The notes under the pieces are model-generated. The model was not told where the DNA came from. It was given only the letters and a program-made list of their open reading frames with translations, and did not search any database. Of a stretch of 64,000 bases of DNA, positions 8,105 through 19,549 are shown piece by piece. Position numbers and translations under genes: made by a program. The stretch is from Alphaproteobacteria bacterium (GTDB taxonomy: Bacteria; Pseudomonadota; Alphaproteobacteria; MPNO01): NCBI GenBank assembly GCA_965248835.1, contig CBDFLJ010000002.1, positions 2,144,001 through 2,208,000 of the forward strand. Reading direction: 5' to 3'. Within the stretch, counting starts at the first letter, position 1. Every line of letters starts with the position of its first letter.

Positions 8105-9799
8105 ATGGAAATCGATTACCTGATCGTCGGCGGCGGGTCGGCCGGGTGCGTCCTGGCCGCGCGGCTGTCGGAGAACCCCTCCAACAACGTGCTGCTGCTC
8201 GAAGCCGGGAGAGACTATGCGCCGGGCGGCGAGCCGGCCAACGTGCGCGATACCTTCTTCCGGGCGGCTTACGACCCCGACCATCTGTGGCCGGACACCC
8301 AGGTCTATTGGCAGCCGGTCCCGCACAATGCACCCGAGACCGTGGCCCCGAAGCGCTACGAACAGGCGCGGATCATCGGCGGCGGCTCCAGCGTGAACGC
8401 GATGGTGGCGTTGCGCGGCGTACCCGCGGACTATGACGGCTGGGCGGAGGCCGGCGCCGACGGGTGGCGCTACGACGACGTCTTGCCCTATTTCAAGAAG
8501 CTCGAGCGCGATCTCGACTTCGACGGCGCCTATCACGGCGATGACGGGCCGATCCCGGTGCGCCGGCACAAGCGTGAGGAGTGGCCGCCGTTCACCACCG
8601 CCGTCGCCAAGGTCGCGGCCGAGCGCGGCATGGACTACGTCGCGGACATGAACGGCGCGCCGGCCGACGGGTTCTGCTCGGTGCCGATGAGCAACCTGCC
8701 CGAGCACCGGGTCTCGACGGCGATCGGCTATCTGACCGAGGAGGTCCGCGCACGGCCCAATCTCGAGATTCGCGGCGGGACCGAGGTCGAGTCGATCCGT
8801 CTGGACGGCGGCCGCGCGGTCGGCGTGGACGTCCGGCGGCCGCACGGAATTGATGTCGTGACGGCGGCCAACACGATCCTGTCCGCCGGCGCCTTCCGGT
8901 CGCCGATGCTGCTGTTGCGCTCGGGGATCGGGCCGGCGGCGGAGATCGCGGCCCACGGTATCGAACGCCGCGCCGATTCGCCCGGCGTCGGGCGCAACCT
9001 CCACGACCATCCGGTGGTGGTGGTGGCCGCCCTGCTCAAGCGCTCCGCGGTGCAGCCGGCCGGGCTGCGGCCGGCCGCGAACATGGCCCTTCGCCAGTCC
9101 AGCTTGATCGGCGATGCGCCGCGGCACGACGTCCAGATGGGGGTCAACAACAAGATCTCCTGGCACGCGCTGGGCCGCCGGCTGGGCGGCATCGTGTGCA
9201 GCCTCTACAAGCCCTATTCGCGCGGCGCGGTGAGCCTCGATCCGGACGATGCGCTGCGGGCGCCGGTGATCCGGGCCAACTTGCTGTCCGATCCGCGCGA
9301 CATGGAGCGGATGGTCTGGGCGGTCCGGCTGGCCGCCGGAATTGCCACCGACCCCGGGATGACCTCGTGCGTCGATGCGGTCTTCCCGGCCTATTTCTCC
9401 GAACGGGTGCGCGGCTTCAACCGCGAGACGCTGGCCAACCGGATCAAGTCGCGGATAATGGTGCTGGCGCTCGACGGCCCGCCGGCGCTGCGCAACCACC
9501 TGGTGCGCACGGCGCTGAGCGAGGGCGTGGACATCGCCGCGCTGGCAAGCGACAACGAAGCCATCGAGAGCTGGATCCGCGGCCATGCGACCGGCTTCTA
9601 CCACCCCGTGGGAACCTGCCGGATGGGCGCCCGCGATGACGCCGAGGCTGTCGTCGATCCGGCGGGCCGAGTCTACGGTGTCGAAAGCCTCAGGGTGTGC
9701 GATGCCTCGATCATGCCCTGGATCACCAGCTGCAACACCAACATCCCCACCATCATGATCGCCGAGAAGATCGCCCAGTCGATCCGCGACGGCAATTAG
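8105..9799 (+). CDS. GMC family FAD oxidoreductase (choline dehydrogenase-like)
   Basis: Start MEIDYLIVGGGSAGCVLAARLSE; GGGSSVNAM, VGRNLHDHP, YHPVGTCRMG and NTNIPTIMIAEK motifs. Confidence 0.93.
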   Translation: MEIDYLIVGGGSAGCVLAARLSENPSNNVLLLEAGRDYAPGGEPANVRDTFFRAAYDPDHLWPDTQVYWQPVPHNAPETVAPKRYEQARIIGGGSSVNAMVALRGVPADYDGWAEAGADGWRYDDVLPYFKKLERDLDFDGAYHGDDGPIPVRRHKREEWPPFTTAVAKVAAERGMDYVADMNGAPADGFCSVPMSNLPEHRVSTAIGYLTEEVRARPNLEIRGGTEVESIRLDGGRAVGVDVRRPHGIDVVTAANTILSAGAFRSPMLLLRSGIGPAAEIAAHGIERRADSPGVGRNLHDHPVVVVAALLKRSAVQPAGLRPAANMALRQSSLIGDAPRHDVQMGVNNKISWHALGRRLGGIVCSLYKPYSRGAVSLDPDDALRAPVIRANLLSDPRDMERMVWAVRLAAGIATDPGMTSCVDAVFPAYFSERVRGFNRETLANRIKSRIMVLALDGPPALRNHLVRTALSEGVDIAALASDNEAIESWIRGHATGFYHPVGTCRMGARDDAEAVVDPAGRVYGVESLRVCDASIMPWITSCNTNIPTIMIAEKIAQSIRDGN

Positions 9800-9901
9800 G
9801 CGACGGCTGCACCGGCCGGTCCGGGGCAACCATCGTTCATTGGACCTTGCGGGGCTGCACCGCCACAATGCCGGGACAACAGCCGGACAGGGGGAGCACG
9901 C

Positions 9902-10900
9902 ATGCGTCTTGATGTCTTCAACCACGTCTTTCCATCCGTGTTCATCGACACCCTGGAAGCGACGATGCCCAAGAAGGCGGTCGCCCGGTGGCGCTCGATC
10001 GCCACGCTGCACGACATGGACGCCCGCAAGCGGCTGCTCGATGAATTCGGCGACTACCAGCAGATCATCTCCATGTCCCAGCCGCCGATCGACGTGCTCG
10101 GCGGGCCGGACGAGACTCCGGCGCTTGCCAGGATCGCCAATAACGGCATGGCCGCGATCTGCAAAGCCGACCCCGACCGGTTCCCGTCGTTCCTCGCCAG
10201 CCCGCCGATGAACAACCCCGATGCAGCCGTCCTGGAGGTCGACCGTGCGGTGGGCGAGCTCGGCGCCTGCGGCCTGCAAGTCCATTCCAACGTCAACGGC
10301 CGCGCGCTCGACGACCCGGCCTTCTTCCCGGTCTTCGAGCGCATGGCCCAGCTCGACCGCCCGATCTTCCTCCACCCGGCCCGGCCGATGTCGCACGCCG
10401 ACTACCAGGCCGAGGACGAATCCATGTACGAGATCTTCTGGGGGCTCGGCTGGGCTTACGAGACCTCCGCGGCGATGGCCCGCATCGTCTTCTCGGGCAT
10501 GTTCGACAAGCTGCCGACTCTGAAGATCGTCGCCCACCATTGGGGCGCCTACATCCCGCACGCCGGCGGCCGGATCACGCCGCATTGGGATCACCGGTCG
10601 TCCCAGTCCGACATCACCAGCTACGGTCCGCTCAAGGACGCCCTCAAACGGCCGGCGATCGACTACTTCAAGATGTTTTACGTCGATACCGCCATGTTCG
10701 GCGCCAAAGAGGCGAGCCAGTGCGGGCTCGACTTCTTCGGCGCCGGCCAGTCGCTGTTCGCATCCGACTGCCCGTTCGACATGGAGGGCGGGCGCATGCT
10801 GATCCGCGACACGATCGACGTCGTGGACACGCTTCGCTGCACCGAGTCCGAGCGGGCCGACATGTATCTCAACAACGCGCAGAAGCTGCTGCGGCTGTGA
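9902..10900 (+). CDS. Amidohydrolase-2 family protein (ACMSD/decarboxylase-like)
   Basis: DVFNHVF, PIFLHP, HHWGAYIP and LFASDCPFD motifs. Confidence 0.87.
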   Translation: MRLDVFNHVFPSVFIDTLEATMPKKAVARWRSIATLHDMDARKRLLDEFGDYQQIISMSQPPIDVLGGPDETPALARIANNGMAAICKADPDRFPSFLASPPMNNPDAAVLEVDRAVGELGACGLQVHSNVNGRALDDPAFFPVFERMAQLDRPIFLHPARPMSHADYQAEDESMYEIFWGLGWAYETSAAMARIVFSGMFDKLPTLKIVAHHWGAYIPHAGGRITPHWDHRSSQSDITSYGPLKDALKRPAIDYFKMFYVDTAMFGAKEASQCGLDFFGAGQSLFASDCPFDMEGGRMLIRDTIDVVDTLRCTESERADMYLNNAQKLLRL

Positions 10901-12147
10901 TGGCCGAGCCGCGCGATGTGACGATCATCGGTGCCGGAATCATCGGGCTGGCGAGCGCGCTTGCGCTCCAGCGCGACGGCCACCGGGTGAAGCTGATCGA
11001 CCGGCTGCCGCCCGGCGAGGGCACCTCCTACGGCAATGCCGGCATGATCCAGGTCGATGCCTGCGTGCCGATCGCGACCCCGGGCATCTTGCGCCAGGTG
11101 CCTTCCATGCTGCTCGACCCGGAGGGCCCGCTGGTGATCCGCTGGCGTTATCTGGCCCGCCTCGCGCCGTGGCTGCTGCGTTTCATCGCGGCCTCGCGGC
11201 CCGGCCGGGTCGAGGAGATCTCCTTCGCATTGGCGTCGTTGCTGGACCGCGCCTGGGACGCCTACCGGCCGCTGATCGCGGCTTGCGGCGGCGATGACCT
11301 GTTCCGCCCGACGGGCGAACTCTATGTCTACCGCCGGATCGATGCCTACGAGGACGCCCGGGCGGGTCATGACCTCAGGCGGCGGCGCGGCGTGAGGCTG
11401 GAGGAGCTCGGCCCCTCGGAGCTGCGCCAGCTCGAGCCCGCCCTGGCGAAGGATATTGTCCGGGGCGTCTTCTCGCCCGACTGCCACGTGCTCGCCGATC
11501 CGCTCGCCCTGTCACAGCGCTTCGCCGCGGAGATCCGGCGCAACGGCGGCACGTTCCTGCGCGAAAGCGTCAGCGACATCGAGCCCGGACCGGACGGCCC
11601 CGCCGCTGTGGTCACCGATCAGGGCCGGCACGCGGTGGACCGGCTGGTGCTCGCCGCGGGCGCGTTCTCGAAGCGCCTGGCGGCCCGGCTCGGCGCCCGG
11701 CTGCCGCTCGATACCGAACGGGGCTATCACCTGATGCTGCCCAGGCCCGGCGTGGATCTGCGCGTTCCACTGCTGGTCGGCGATCACCGGTTCGGCATCA
11801 TCCCGATGGCGCACGGCATCAGGCTCGCGGGCACGGCCGAGCTCGGCGGCATCGCGGCGCCAGCCAACTATCGGCGCTCGCAGATGCTGGGGCCGATGGC
11901 CCGCAGGATCGTGCCCGACCTCAACATCGAGGACGGTGCGCAGTGGATGGGCTACCGCCCCTCGATGCCCGACAGCCTGCCGGTGATCGGCACGGTGCCG
12001 GGGAGCGACCGCTGCGTGCTCGCCTTCGGCCACGGCCATCTCGGCCTGACCATGGGCGCGGTCACCGGCAGCCTGGTCGCCGACCTGGTCGCGGGCCGCG
12101 AGGCGCCCATCGACATGACCCCCTACCGACCCGAGCGCTTTTCCTGA
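10900..12147 (+). CDS. FAD-dependent D-amino acid dehydrogenase family oxidoreductase
   Basis: Start MAEPRDVTIIGAGIIG overlaps the upstream stop; GTSYGNAG, ERGYH, WMGYRPSMPDSLPVIG and FGHGHLGLT motifs. Confidence 0.9.
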   Translation: MAEPRDVTIIGAGIIGLASALALQRDGHRVKLIDRLPPGEGTSYGNAGMIQVDACVPIATPGILRQVPSMLLDPEGPLVIRWRYLARLAPWLLRFIAASRPGRVEEISFALASLLDRAWDAYRPLIAACGGDDLFRPTGELYVYRRIDAYEDARAGHDLRRRRGVRLEELGPSELRQLEPALAKDIVRGVFSPDCHVLADPLALSQRFAAEIRRNGGTFLRESVSDIEPGPDGPAAVVTDQGRHAVDRLVLAAGAFSKRLAARLGARLPLDTERGYHLMLPRPGVDLRVPLLVGDHRFGIIPMAHGIRLAGTAELGGIAAPANYRRSQMLGPMARRIVPDLNIEDGAQWMGYRPSMPDSLPVIGTVPGSDRCVLAFGHGHLGLTMGAVTGSLVADLVAGREAPIDMTPYRPERFS

Positions 12148-13439
12148 TCGAACAGGTCGTCGAGCTCACGATGGTCAGGCAGCGTCGTGTCGATCGGCTT
12201 GCCGGCGCGCAGCACCACCCGGTTTGACTGCGGGCGGACCAGGAGCTCGCTAAACCACCGGGCGCGGAACAGGACCAGGTCGGCAGGCAGGCCGACGGCG
12301 ATCCGGCCGCGCTCGGCAAGACCCATGGTCGATGCCGGCGTGCGGGTGACCGCCGCCGGCCAGGGGCCGATCGGGTGGTCCAGATGGGCGATCCGCACCG
12401 CCTGGGTGAACACTTCCAGCCCGTCGAGGTCGCCGTAGGCGAAGAAGGGATCGCGCGTGTTGTCGCTTGCGATCGACACCGGGATGCCGCGGCCGGCCAT
12501 CTCGTGCACCAGGGTGACACCGCGCCAGCGGGGGGTCCGGGCCCGGCCGCGGTCCTGCAGGTACATGTTGCACATCGGCAGGCTGACCACGTGCAAGCCC
12601 GCTTCCGCCACCAGGTCGAGCGCGCGGTCGATCTCCGCCTCGGGGCGTTGCGCCAAACTGCAGCAATGGCCGACGGTGACGTTGCCCTCGAAGCGGTTGC
12701 GCATCTTCGCCTCGGCCACCCGGTCGAGCGCGCGGGCCGTCGGATCGTTGGTCTCATCGACATGGAAGTCCATGTCGAGACCACGCTCGGCGGCCGCGCG
12801 AAAGAGGCTGTCGAAAATCTCCTCCTGGCCCTCCTGGATCGAAGCGACGCAGCCGAGCAGCCCGACGTGGGCGGCCGTGCTGTCGGCCACCGCCCGCATC
12901 ACGTCCGCGTCCCGGTAATAGTCGAAATGGACCAGCGAGACCGCCTGGAGGTCGATCCGCCCGGCCCAGTCCGATCGCAGTTCGGAGAACACCGGCCAGG
13001 AGATCTCGTTCTGCGGCGGCAGCGAATCGATATGCGTGCGGATTGCCGCCGTGCCGTGCGCGAAACCGCAGCGCAGCGCGAAATCGAAGCGCCGGCGCAC
13101 GTCCTCAGCCGACCAGTTGGCCGCCCGGTCGCGGGCGACCGTGCCGACCGCATCCGACCATGACCCCTTGGGATCGGCCAGGCGCGGCCAGATGTGGGCC
13201 TTGTCGAGATGGGTGTGCAAATCGACGAAGCAGGGCCAGACCTGCCCGCCGTCGAGGTCGATCCCCGCCCCGCCTTCCCCGGCCGGCGCGACGGAGGCGA
13301 TCCGTCCATCCTCGACCGTGATGTCGAGACAGGCCAGCTCGTCCTTGCCCGCCGCCGCCCCGTCGAGCAGGCAGGTCGGCACGTTCGCGTTGCGCAGGGT
13401 GTAGCGCCGCGCTTCCGGAATCTCCACGAAGCCCGTCAT
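12123..13439 (-). CDS. Cytosine deaminase-like metal-dependent amidohydrolase (family also includes pterin deaminases)
   Basis: DLHTHLDK, DFHVDE, GHCCSL, RTPRWRGVT and SDNTRDPF motifs; the 3' end overlaps the convergent gene by 25 nt. Confidence 0.88.
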   Translation of the reverse strand: MTGFVEIPEARRYTLRNANVPTCLLDGAAAGKDELACLDITVEDGRIASVAPAGEGGAGIDLDGGQVWPCFVDLHTHLDKAHIWPRLADPKGSWSDAVGTVARDRAANWSAEDVRRRFDFALRCGFAHGTAAIRTHIDSLPPQNEISWPVFSELRSDWAGRIDLQAVSLVHFDYYRDADVMRAVADSTAAHVGLLGCVASIQEGQEEIFDSLFRAAAERGLDMDFHVDETNDPTARALDRVAEAKMRNRFEGNVTVGHCCSLAQRPEAEIDRALDLVAEAGLHVVSLPMCNMYLQDRGRARTPRWRGVTLVHEMAGRGIPVSIASDNTRDPFFAYGDLDGLEVFTQAVRIAHLDHPIGPWPAAVTRTPASTMGLAERGRIAVGLPADLVLFRARWFSELLVRPQSNRVVLRAGKPIDTTLPDHRELDDLFDQEKRSGR

Positions 13440-14173
13440 GCGAAGCTCGCCCCGCCGTTGACGTTGATGATCTCGCCGGTGATGTACTTGGCCTGGTCCG
13501 AGATCAGAAAGCGCGCCGCATCGGCGATGTCATCGACATGGCCCGCACGGCCGATCACCGATCGAGAACGCACGTTGGCCCACGCCTGCTCGGTGTAATC
13601 CGCCGTCATCGGCGTCTCGGTCGAGCCGGGCGCGATCGCGTTCACCCGGATGCCGCTGGGGCCGAGCGAGCGAGCATAGGACCGTGTGAGGGCGATGATC
13701 GCGGCCTTGGAGCTCGCATAGGCCGGACCGCCGCGGCCCTCCCCGCCGACCCCGCCGGCATGGACGATGCTGGAGCCGGTGAACACGATCACCCCCTTGC
13801 CGGCCTCGATCATCGGCCGGGCTGCGGCTTGGGCCATCAGGAACGAGCCGGTGACATTGACCGCCAGCACGCGGTTGAACTCATCGGCGGAAACCTCGTC
13901 CCACCGCTTTGTCGAATGGATCGCCGCGAAGTGGACCAGCGCGTCCAGCCCGCCCAGCCGCGACAAGGCTTCGTCGACGGCGGCCTCGCAGTCCTCCGAC
14001 CTGGCAACGTCGCAGGCCTTGAACGACAGCGCGTTGCCGGCGCCGGGATGGGCGGCCGAGAGCGCGTCCTCGCTGAGATCGACCGCCAGCACTTGGTCGC
14101 CGTCCGCGGCCATGTTGCGCGCGCACGCAAGACCGATCCCGCTCGCGGCTCCGGTCACGATCACCCTGGCCAT
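13436..14173 (-). CDS. SDR family oxidoreductase
   Basis: TGAASGIG, catalytic YASSK and VNAIAPG motifs. Confidence 0.92.
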   Translation of the reverse strand: MARVIVTGAASGIGLACARNMAADGDQVLAVDLSEDALSAAHPGAGNALSFKACDVARSEDCEAAVDEALSRLGGLDALVHFAAIHSTKRWDEVSADEFNRVLAVNVTGSFLMAQAAARPMIEAGKGVIVFTGSSIVHAGGVGGEGRGGPAYASSKAAIIALTRSYARSLGPSGIRVNAIAPGSTETPMTADYTEQAWANVRSRSVIGRAGHVDDIADAARFLISDQAKYITGEIINVNGGASFA

Positions 14174-14368
14174 GTTCCCTCTCCCGTTTTGCCGCCATCA
14201 GGGCCAGTCTATCGGAACCGCGACCGGAAGCGAGAGCCGCTCAAGCGGCCTCCGCAGCGAGCGGCAAGCAGCAAGCGAGCGCCTGCGCCGGTCCCGTCAT
14301 TCCGCCATGTCGATCCTCCCTGCCCCGCTATCCTCCGCTATAGTGGACGCAACAGCGGGGAGCGAACC

Positions 14369-15568
14369 ATGGATTTCGAGCTCAGCCGTGAGCAGCGCGA
14401 TCTCAAGGAGCGGGCGCGGGCGCTCGCCCAGGAAACCATCGCCGCCCGCGCCGCGGAGATCGACGAGAGCCGCGACTATCCCTGGGACAATGTCGAGGCG
14501 CTGCGCGCGGCCGGGTTCATGGGCATGACCGTGCCCAAAGACTACGGCGGGCCCGGGCTCGGCTACCTCGACGCGGCCCTGGTGATCGAGGAGATAGCCA
14601 AGGCCTGCGCGGTGACCGGACGGATCGTGGTCGAGGCCAACATGGGCGCGATCTCGACCGTCTTGGCTTATGGCACCGAGGACCAGAAGCGGCAGTGGGC
14701 CCGAGGAGTCCTGGGCGGCGACAAGCCGGCGATCTGCATCACCGAGCCGGAAGCGGGAAGCGCGGCCTCCGAGATGAAGATGCGCGCCGACCGCCGCGGC
14801 GATGCCTATGTGCTCAATGGTATGAAGCATTGGATCACCGGCGGCGGCGTCTCGCGGCTGCACCTGATCTTCGCCCGGATGTTCGACGAACGCGGCACGG
14901 AGCAAGGCATCGCCGGCTTCATCGCCGTCCGGGACGAGACGCCCGGCCTGATGATCGGTGCGCGCGAAAAAACGATGGGCCTGCGCGGCATCCCGGAGGC
15001 CGAGATCCATTGCCGCGACATGACCGTGCCCGCAACCGCCATGGTTGTGCCGCCGCGCGGTCCGGGCAAGGGCTTCGCCGATCTGATGAACGCCTATAAC
15101 AGCCAACGCGTGGGTGCAGCCACGGTCGCGCTCGGGGTCGCCGCCGGCGCCTACGAGCACGCGCTCGCCTACGCCCGGACCCGCGAGCAGTTCGGCCGGC
15201 CGATCTGCGAGTTCCAGGGGCTGCAATGGATGCTGGCCGACATGTCGATCCAGATCGAAGCGGCGCGGACCATGATCCATCGCGCCGCTGCCAGCGCCGG
15301 GGAGGGCTTCCCCGACGCTCTGCTCGCCGCCCAGGCCAAGGTGCTTACCTCCGAGATGGCGATCAAGGTGACCAACGACGCGCTCCAAATCTTCGGCGCA
15401 GCCGGATATTCCCAGTCCCGCCCGCTGGAGCGCATGGTGCGCGATGCAAGGATGTTCGCGATCGGCGGCGGCACCGCCCAGATCCTGCGCACCGTGATCG
15501 CCGGCCGGCTTCTGCAGCGCCGGCTGCCGCAGACCCGTGACGGCTACGCGCGCCTGGCTGCGGAATAG
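14369..15568 (+). CDS. acdA: 3-sulfinopropanoyl-CoA desulfinase (acyl-CoA dehydrogenase fold)
   Basis: [54 protein letters not shown] and the C-terminal LPQTRDGY match the Advenella Acd desulfinase subfamily as I recall it; no catalytic Glu in IGGGTAQ. Confidence 0.85.
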   Translation: MDFELSREQRDLKERARALAQETIAARAAEIDESRDYPWDNVEALRAAGFMGMTVPKDYGGPGLGYLDAALVIEEIAKACAVTGRIVVEANMGAISTVLAYGTEDQKRQWARGVLGGDKPAICITEPEAGSAASEMKMRADRRGDAYVLNGMKHWITGGGVSRLHLIFARMFDERGTEQGIAGFIAVRDETPGLMIGAREKTMGLRGIPEAEIHCRDMTVPATAMVVPPRGPGKGFADLMNAYNSQRVGAATVALGVAAGAYEHALAYARTREQFGRPICEFQGLQWMLADMSIQIEAARTMIHRAAASAGEGFPDALLAAQAKVLTSEMAIKVTNDALQIFGAAGYSQSRPLERMVRDARMFAIGGGTAQILRTVIAGRLLQRRLPQTRDGYARLAAE

Positions 15569-15577
15569 GCCCACGCG

Positions 15578-15745
15578 GTGGCGGCAAAGGACGACAAGGG
15601 CAACCAAGCGGACAAGACGGCGGCGCGGCGCGCGCGCGAGGCCGCGGCGCTTCGCGAGAACCTCAAGCGGCGCAAGGCCCAGAGCCGCGCCCGGGCAGAA
15701 CCGACGACCGAGCCGCCTCGCGATCGCCGCCGCGACGACCGTTAG
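15578..15745 (+). CDS. Small conserved alphaproteobacterial protein upstream of murA (55 aa)
   Basis: GTG start; contains [18 protein letters not shown], a motif I recognise from short ORFs preceding murA in alphaproteobacteria; below the ORF-track length cutoff. Confidence 0.7.
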   Translation: MAAKDDKGNQADKTAARRAREAAALRENLKRRKAQSRARAEPTTEPPRDRRRDDR

Positions 15746-15825
15746 GCTGCCATTCCCGGCTTTGGCCTCGGGGCTTGATGGTATATCAAGCGCCCGACGA
15801 TGCGTTGATCCCCTGGACGACCCCC

Positions 15826-17097
15826 ATGGACACGATCAAGCTCCGCGGCGGCGAGAGGCTGCGCGGCCGTATTCCGATCGCCGGCGCCAAGAACGCAGCC
15901 TTGCCGCTGATGGCCGCGAGCCTGTTGAGCGACGAGACGCTGCGGTTGGATAACCTGCCCGGCGTGCACGACATCCGGACCATGGTCCGGCTGCTGGAGA
16001 CGCTCGGCGTGCGCATCGAGGACGGGCCGGGCGCGGATACCGTCTCGTTCAACGCGGCGGGCGTGAACGACACCACCGCGCCATACGAGCTTGTGCGCCG
16101 CATGCGGGCGTCCGTGCTGGTGCTCGCGCCGCTCCTCGCCCGGTTCGGCCGCGCGCGGGTCTCGCTGCCGGGCGGGTGCGCGATCGGCAGCCGGCCGATC
16201 GATCTCCACCTGAATGCACTGCGCCAGATGGGCGCAGCGATCGACCTTCAGGACGGCTACGTCGATGCCCGCGCTCCCAACAGGCTTCAAGGCGCGGACA
16301 TCACCTTTCCGTTCGTCTCGGTGGGCGCCAGCGAGAACCTGCTGATGGCCGCATGCCTGGCGCGCGGCGAAACGGTGCTGCGCAATGTCGCGCGCGAGCC
16401 CGAGGTCGGCGATCTTGCCGCCTGCCTGTCCACCATGGGCGCCGGGATCGCGGGCATCGGGACCGACACGTTGCGGATCCAGGGCAGCGAAAGCTTGAAA
16501 GGCGGATCCCACCGGGTGATTTCGGATCGGATAGAATCGGGCACCTATGCGATCGCGGCCGCAATGACCGGCGGCGACGTCATGCTGACCGGCGCCCGGC
16601 CGGACACGATGCGCGCCCTCCTGGATACGCTGCTCGCGGCGGGCATCGGCATCGCGGAGACCGACCGCGGCATTCATATCCAGGCCGCGGACAGCAGGCC
16701 CGGTGCGATCGATCTTTTCACCCAGCCCTATCCCGGGTTCCCGACCGATCTCCAGGCGCAGATCATGTCGCTGGCGGCCGTCGCCGACGGCGCCTCTCGG
16801 GTCACCGAGACGATCTTCGAGAACCGGTTCATGCATGTGCCGGAACTCGTCCGCATGGGTGCGGACATCAAGGTCCGCGGCGCGACCGCGCTGATCCGCG
16901 GGGTGGACCGGCTCAAGGGAGCCGCCGTGATGGCGACCGACCTCCGGGCCTCGGTCTCGCTGATCCTGGCGGGGCTGGTCGCCGAGGGCGAGACCGTGGT
17001 CCACCGGGTCTACCATCTGGACAGAGGATACGAGAAGATCGAGAACAAGCTCGCGGCCTGCGGGGCCGGGATCGAACGGATTTCCGAAGCAAGATGA
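15826..17097 (+). CDS. murA: UDP-N-acetylglucosamine 1-carboxyvinyltransferase
   Basis: [27 protein letters not shown] (active-site Cys), [19 protein letters not shown] and HLDRGYE motifs. Confidence 0.98.
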   Translation: MDTIKLRGGERLRGRIPIAGAKNAALPLMAASLLSDETLRLDNLPGVHDIRTMVRLLETLGVRIEDGPGADTVSFNAAGVNDTTAPYELVRRMRASVLVLAPLLARFGRARVSLPGGCAIGSRPIDLHLNALRQMGAAIDLQDGYVDARAPNRLQGADITFPFVSVGASENLLMAACLARGETVLRNVAREPEVGDLAACLSTMGAGIAGIGTDTLRIQGSESLKGGSHRVISDRIESGTYAIAAAMTGGDVMLTGARPDTMRALLDTLLAAGIGIAETDRGIHIQAADSRPGAIDLFTQPYPGFPTDLQAQIMSLAAVADGASRVTETIFENRFMHVPELVRMGADIKVRGATALIRGVDRLKGAAVMATDLRASVSLILAGLVAEGETVVHRVYHLDRGYEKIENKLAACGAGIERISEAR

Positions 17098-17525
17098 GCG
17101 CGCCGCTGAAACTCTCCGCCAGGGACGAGGAAGACCTCGCAATCATCTCCTCATGCCTGCAGGACGCGATCGTGCCGGTCGTCGAGATGACATTCCTGCC
17201 CGATGAGCAATCTTTCCTCTTCATCGCCAGCCGGTTCGGCTGGGAGGGCACGGAAGGCGATATGGCCGGGCGCAAGGTCTACGAGCGCATAAACTGCGCG
17301 GTTCGGTTCAACGGCGTCGCCTCGGTCAAGCGCCGCGACATCGACCAGACCGGCCGGGACGCGATCCTGTCTTTGCTCGCCATTCGGCCCAACCGGGAGT
17401 ATATCGACCTGATTTTTTCGGGCGGCGGCATGATCCGGCTGGCGGCCGGCGCGATCGATTGTCGATTGGACGACCTCGATCATCGCTGGCCGACCCGCTG
17501 GAGGCCGAGCCACGATCAGGGTTGA
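17094..17525 (+). CDS. DUF2948 family protein
   Basis: [28 protein letters not shown] and [11 protein letters not shown]; usual position between murA and the his genes. Confidence 0.88.
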   Translation: MSAPLKLSARDEEDLAIISSCLQDAIVPVVEMTFLPDEQSFLFIASRFGWEGTEGDMAGRKVYERINCAVRFNGVASVKRRDIDQTGRDAILSLLAIRPNREYIDLIFSGGGMIRLAAGAIDCRLDDLDHRWPTRWRPSHDQG

Positions 17526-17531
17526 GCGGGC

Positions 17532-18203
17532 ATGCCGGATCAGGATGCGAACGACAGGCTGGTGATCGCCGTGCCGCGCGGCCGGATCCTGGACGAGCTC
17601 AAGCCGCTTCTCGACCTGATCGGGATCGAGCCCGAGCCGGCCTTCGCGCGCGAGGACTCCCGGCAGCTCGGGTTCACCACCAATATCGACGGCGTGATGA
17701 TCATCCGCGTGCGCAGCTTCGACGTCGCGACCTTCGTCGCCTTCGGTGCCGCCCACCTGGGGGTCGCCGGCAACGACGTGCTGATGGAATTCGACTACCC
17801 GGAGCTCTACGCACCGCTCGACCTCGGTATCGGGCGCTGCAGGATGGCGGTCGCCGCCACCGCCGAACTGCTGGCCGCCGAAGACCCGGCGCGGTGGAGC
17901 CACGTCCGCGTGGCGACCAAGTATCCGGCGATCACGCGGCGCCATTTCGCCGGGCGCGGCGTGCAGGCCGAATGCATCAAGCTCAACGGAGCCCTGGAGC
18001 TTGCCCCCCGGCTCGGCCTGTGCCGGCGCATCGTCGACCTGGTTTCGACCGGCGACACGCTGCGCGCCAACGGGCTGATCGAAGTCGAGACGATCGCCGA
18101 GATCAGCTCGCGGCTGGCGGTCAACCGCGCCGCCCTCAAGACCCGGCCGGAGGAGATCGGCGGCTGGATCGAGCGGTTCCGGGACGCGGTCGATGCCGCT
18201 TAG
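17532..18203 (+). CDS. hisG: ATP phosphoribosyltransferase, short form
   Basis: [24 protein letters not shown] and [16 protein letters not shown] motifs; 223 aa with no regulatory C-terminal domain (HisZ-dependent type). Confidence 0.96.
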   Translation: MPDQDANDRLVIAVPRGRILDELKPLLDLIGIEPEPAFAREDSRQLGFTTNIDGVMIIRVRSFDVATFVAFGAAHLGVAGNDVLMEFDYPELYAPLDLGIGRCRMAVAATAELLAAEDPARWSHVRVATKYPAITRRHFAGRGVQAECIKLNGALELAPRLGLCRRIVDLVSTGDTLRANGLIEVETIAEISSRLAVNRAALKTRPEEIGGWIERFRDAVDAA

Positions 18204-19488
18204 GCTCGACGCCGGCGCGGCCGGGTTCGAACGTGCCTTCACCGCCTTCGTCGAGAGCCGGCAGGCCGCCGAACCGGACGTCGCCGCCGAGGTCGCCCGG
18301 ATCATTGCCGACATCCGTGCGCGCGGCGATGATGCGCTGCTCGCCCTGACCGCGGTGCACGACCGCTTTCATGTCGAGGCCGCCGCCGCGCTCGCGGTCC
18401 CCGCCGCCGAACTCAACGGCGCGCGCGCGGCATGCGCGCCCGATGTGATCGAAGCCCTCGAACTCGCCGCCGCGCGCATTACCGCCTTCCATGACCGGCA
18501 GCTTCCCGGGCCGCTGTCCTGGCGCGACGCCGCGGGTGTCAACCTGGGGGCGCGCTGGACCCCGCTCGAAGCGGTGGGCATCTACGTGCCCGGCGGCACG
18601 GCTGCTTATCCGAGCTCGGTGCTGATGAACGCCATCCCCGCCCGGATCGCCGGTGTGGAGCGGATCGCCATGGTGGTGCCGGCGCCGGGGGGTCGTCTCA
18701 ACCCGCTCGTCCTGGCCGCCGCAGCAATCGCCGGCATCGAAGAGGTCTGGCGGATCGGCGGCGCTCAGGCAGTCGCGGCGCTGGCCTACGGCACCGCGAC
18801 CATCGCCGCGGTCGACAAGATCACCGGGCCCGGCAATGCCTATGTCGCCGAAGCCAAGCGTCAGGTCTTCGGCAAGGTCGGCATCGACCTGATCGCCGGT
18901 CCATCGGAGATCCTGGTGGTCGCCGATGCCGACAATGACCCGGAATGGATCGCCGCCGACCTGCTCTCCCAGGCCGAGCATGACGCGCGCGCCCAATCCG
19001 TCCTGATCACCGACGATGCCGGCTTCGCCGATGCGGTCGTCGCGGCGGCCGAGGCGCTGCTCGCGCGGCTGCCGCGCGCGAACATCGCGCGGGCGAGCTG
19101 GACGGCGTGCGGCGCGGTGATCGTGCTGGCAGCGCTCGATGACGCGCCGGCGCTGATCGACCGCATCGCACCGGAACACCTGGAGCTCGCCTGCGAGGAC
19201 CCGGAGGCGCTGGCTTCGCGGGTCCGCCATGCCGGAGCGATCTTCCTTGGACGCCACACGCCGGAGGCGATCGGCGACTATGTCGCGGGGCCCAACCATG
19301 TCCTGCCGACCTCGCGCAGCGCGCGGTTCGCATCGGGCCTGGGCGTACTCGACTTCCTCAAGCGCACGACGCTCGTGGGCTGCGATGCGGCCTCGCTGGC
19401 GGCGATCGGACCGGCGGCGGTCAGGCTCGCCGAGGCCGAGGGGCTCGATGCTCACGCGCTGTCATTGTCGATCCGGCTGGGCAGCTAA
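18193..19488 (+). CDS. hisD: Histidinol dehydrogenase
   Basis: [48 protein letters not shown] and [13 protein letters not shown] motifs. Confidence 0.97.
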   Translation: MPLRLDAGAAGFERAFTAFVESRQAAEPDVAAEVARIIADIRARGDDALLALTAVHDRFHVEAAAALAVPAAELNGARAACAPDVIEALELAAARITAFHDRQLPGPLSWRDAAGVNLGARWTPLEAVGIYVPGGTAAYPSSVLMNAIPARIAGVERIAMVVPAPGGRLNPLVLAAAAIAGIEEVWRIGGAQAVAALAYGTATIAAVDKITGPGNAYVAEAKRQVFGKVGIDLIAGPSEILVVADADNDPEWIAADLLSQAEHDARAQSVLITDDAGFADAVVAAAEALLARLPRANIARASWTACGAVIVLAALDDAPALIDRIAPEHLELACEDPEALASRVRHAGAIFLGRHTPEAIGDYVAGPNHVLPTSRSARFASGLGVLDFLKRTTLVGCDAASLAAIGPAAVRLAEAEGLDAHALSLSIRLGS

Positions 19489-19549
19489 GCCGTCTTTAAC
19501 GTTTGTAGGCCTGATTTGTCGGCAATCGCCGCGCCGCCTGCGGTCATGC

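Noticed and set aside
15826-17097. Fosfomycin-resistant MurA variant
   Set aside because: The active-site Cys is retained (GGCAIG), so it is an ordinary MurA.
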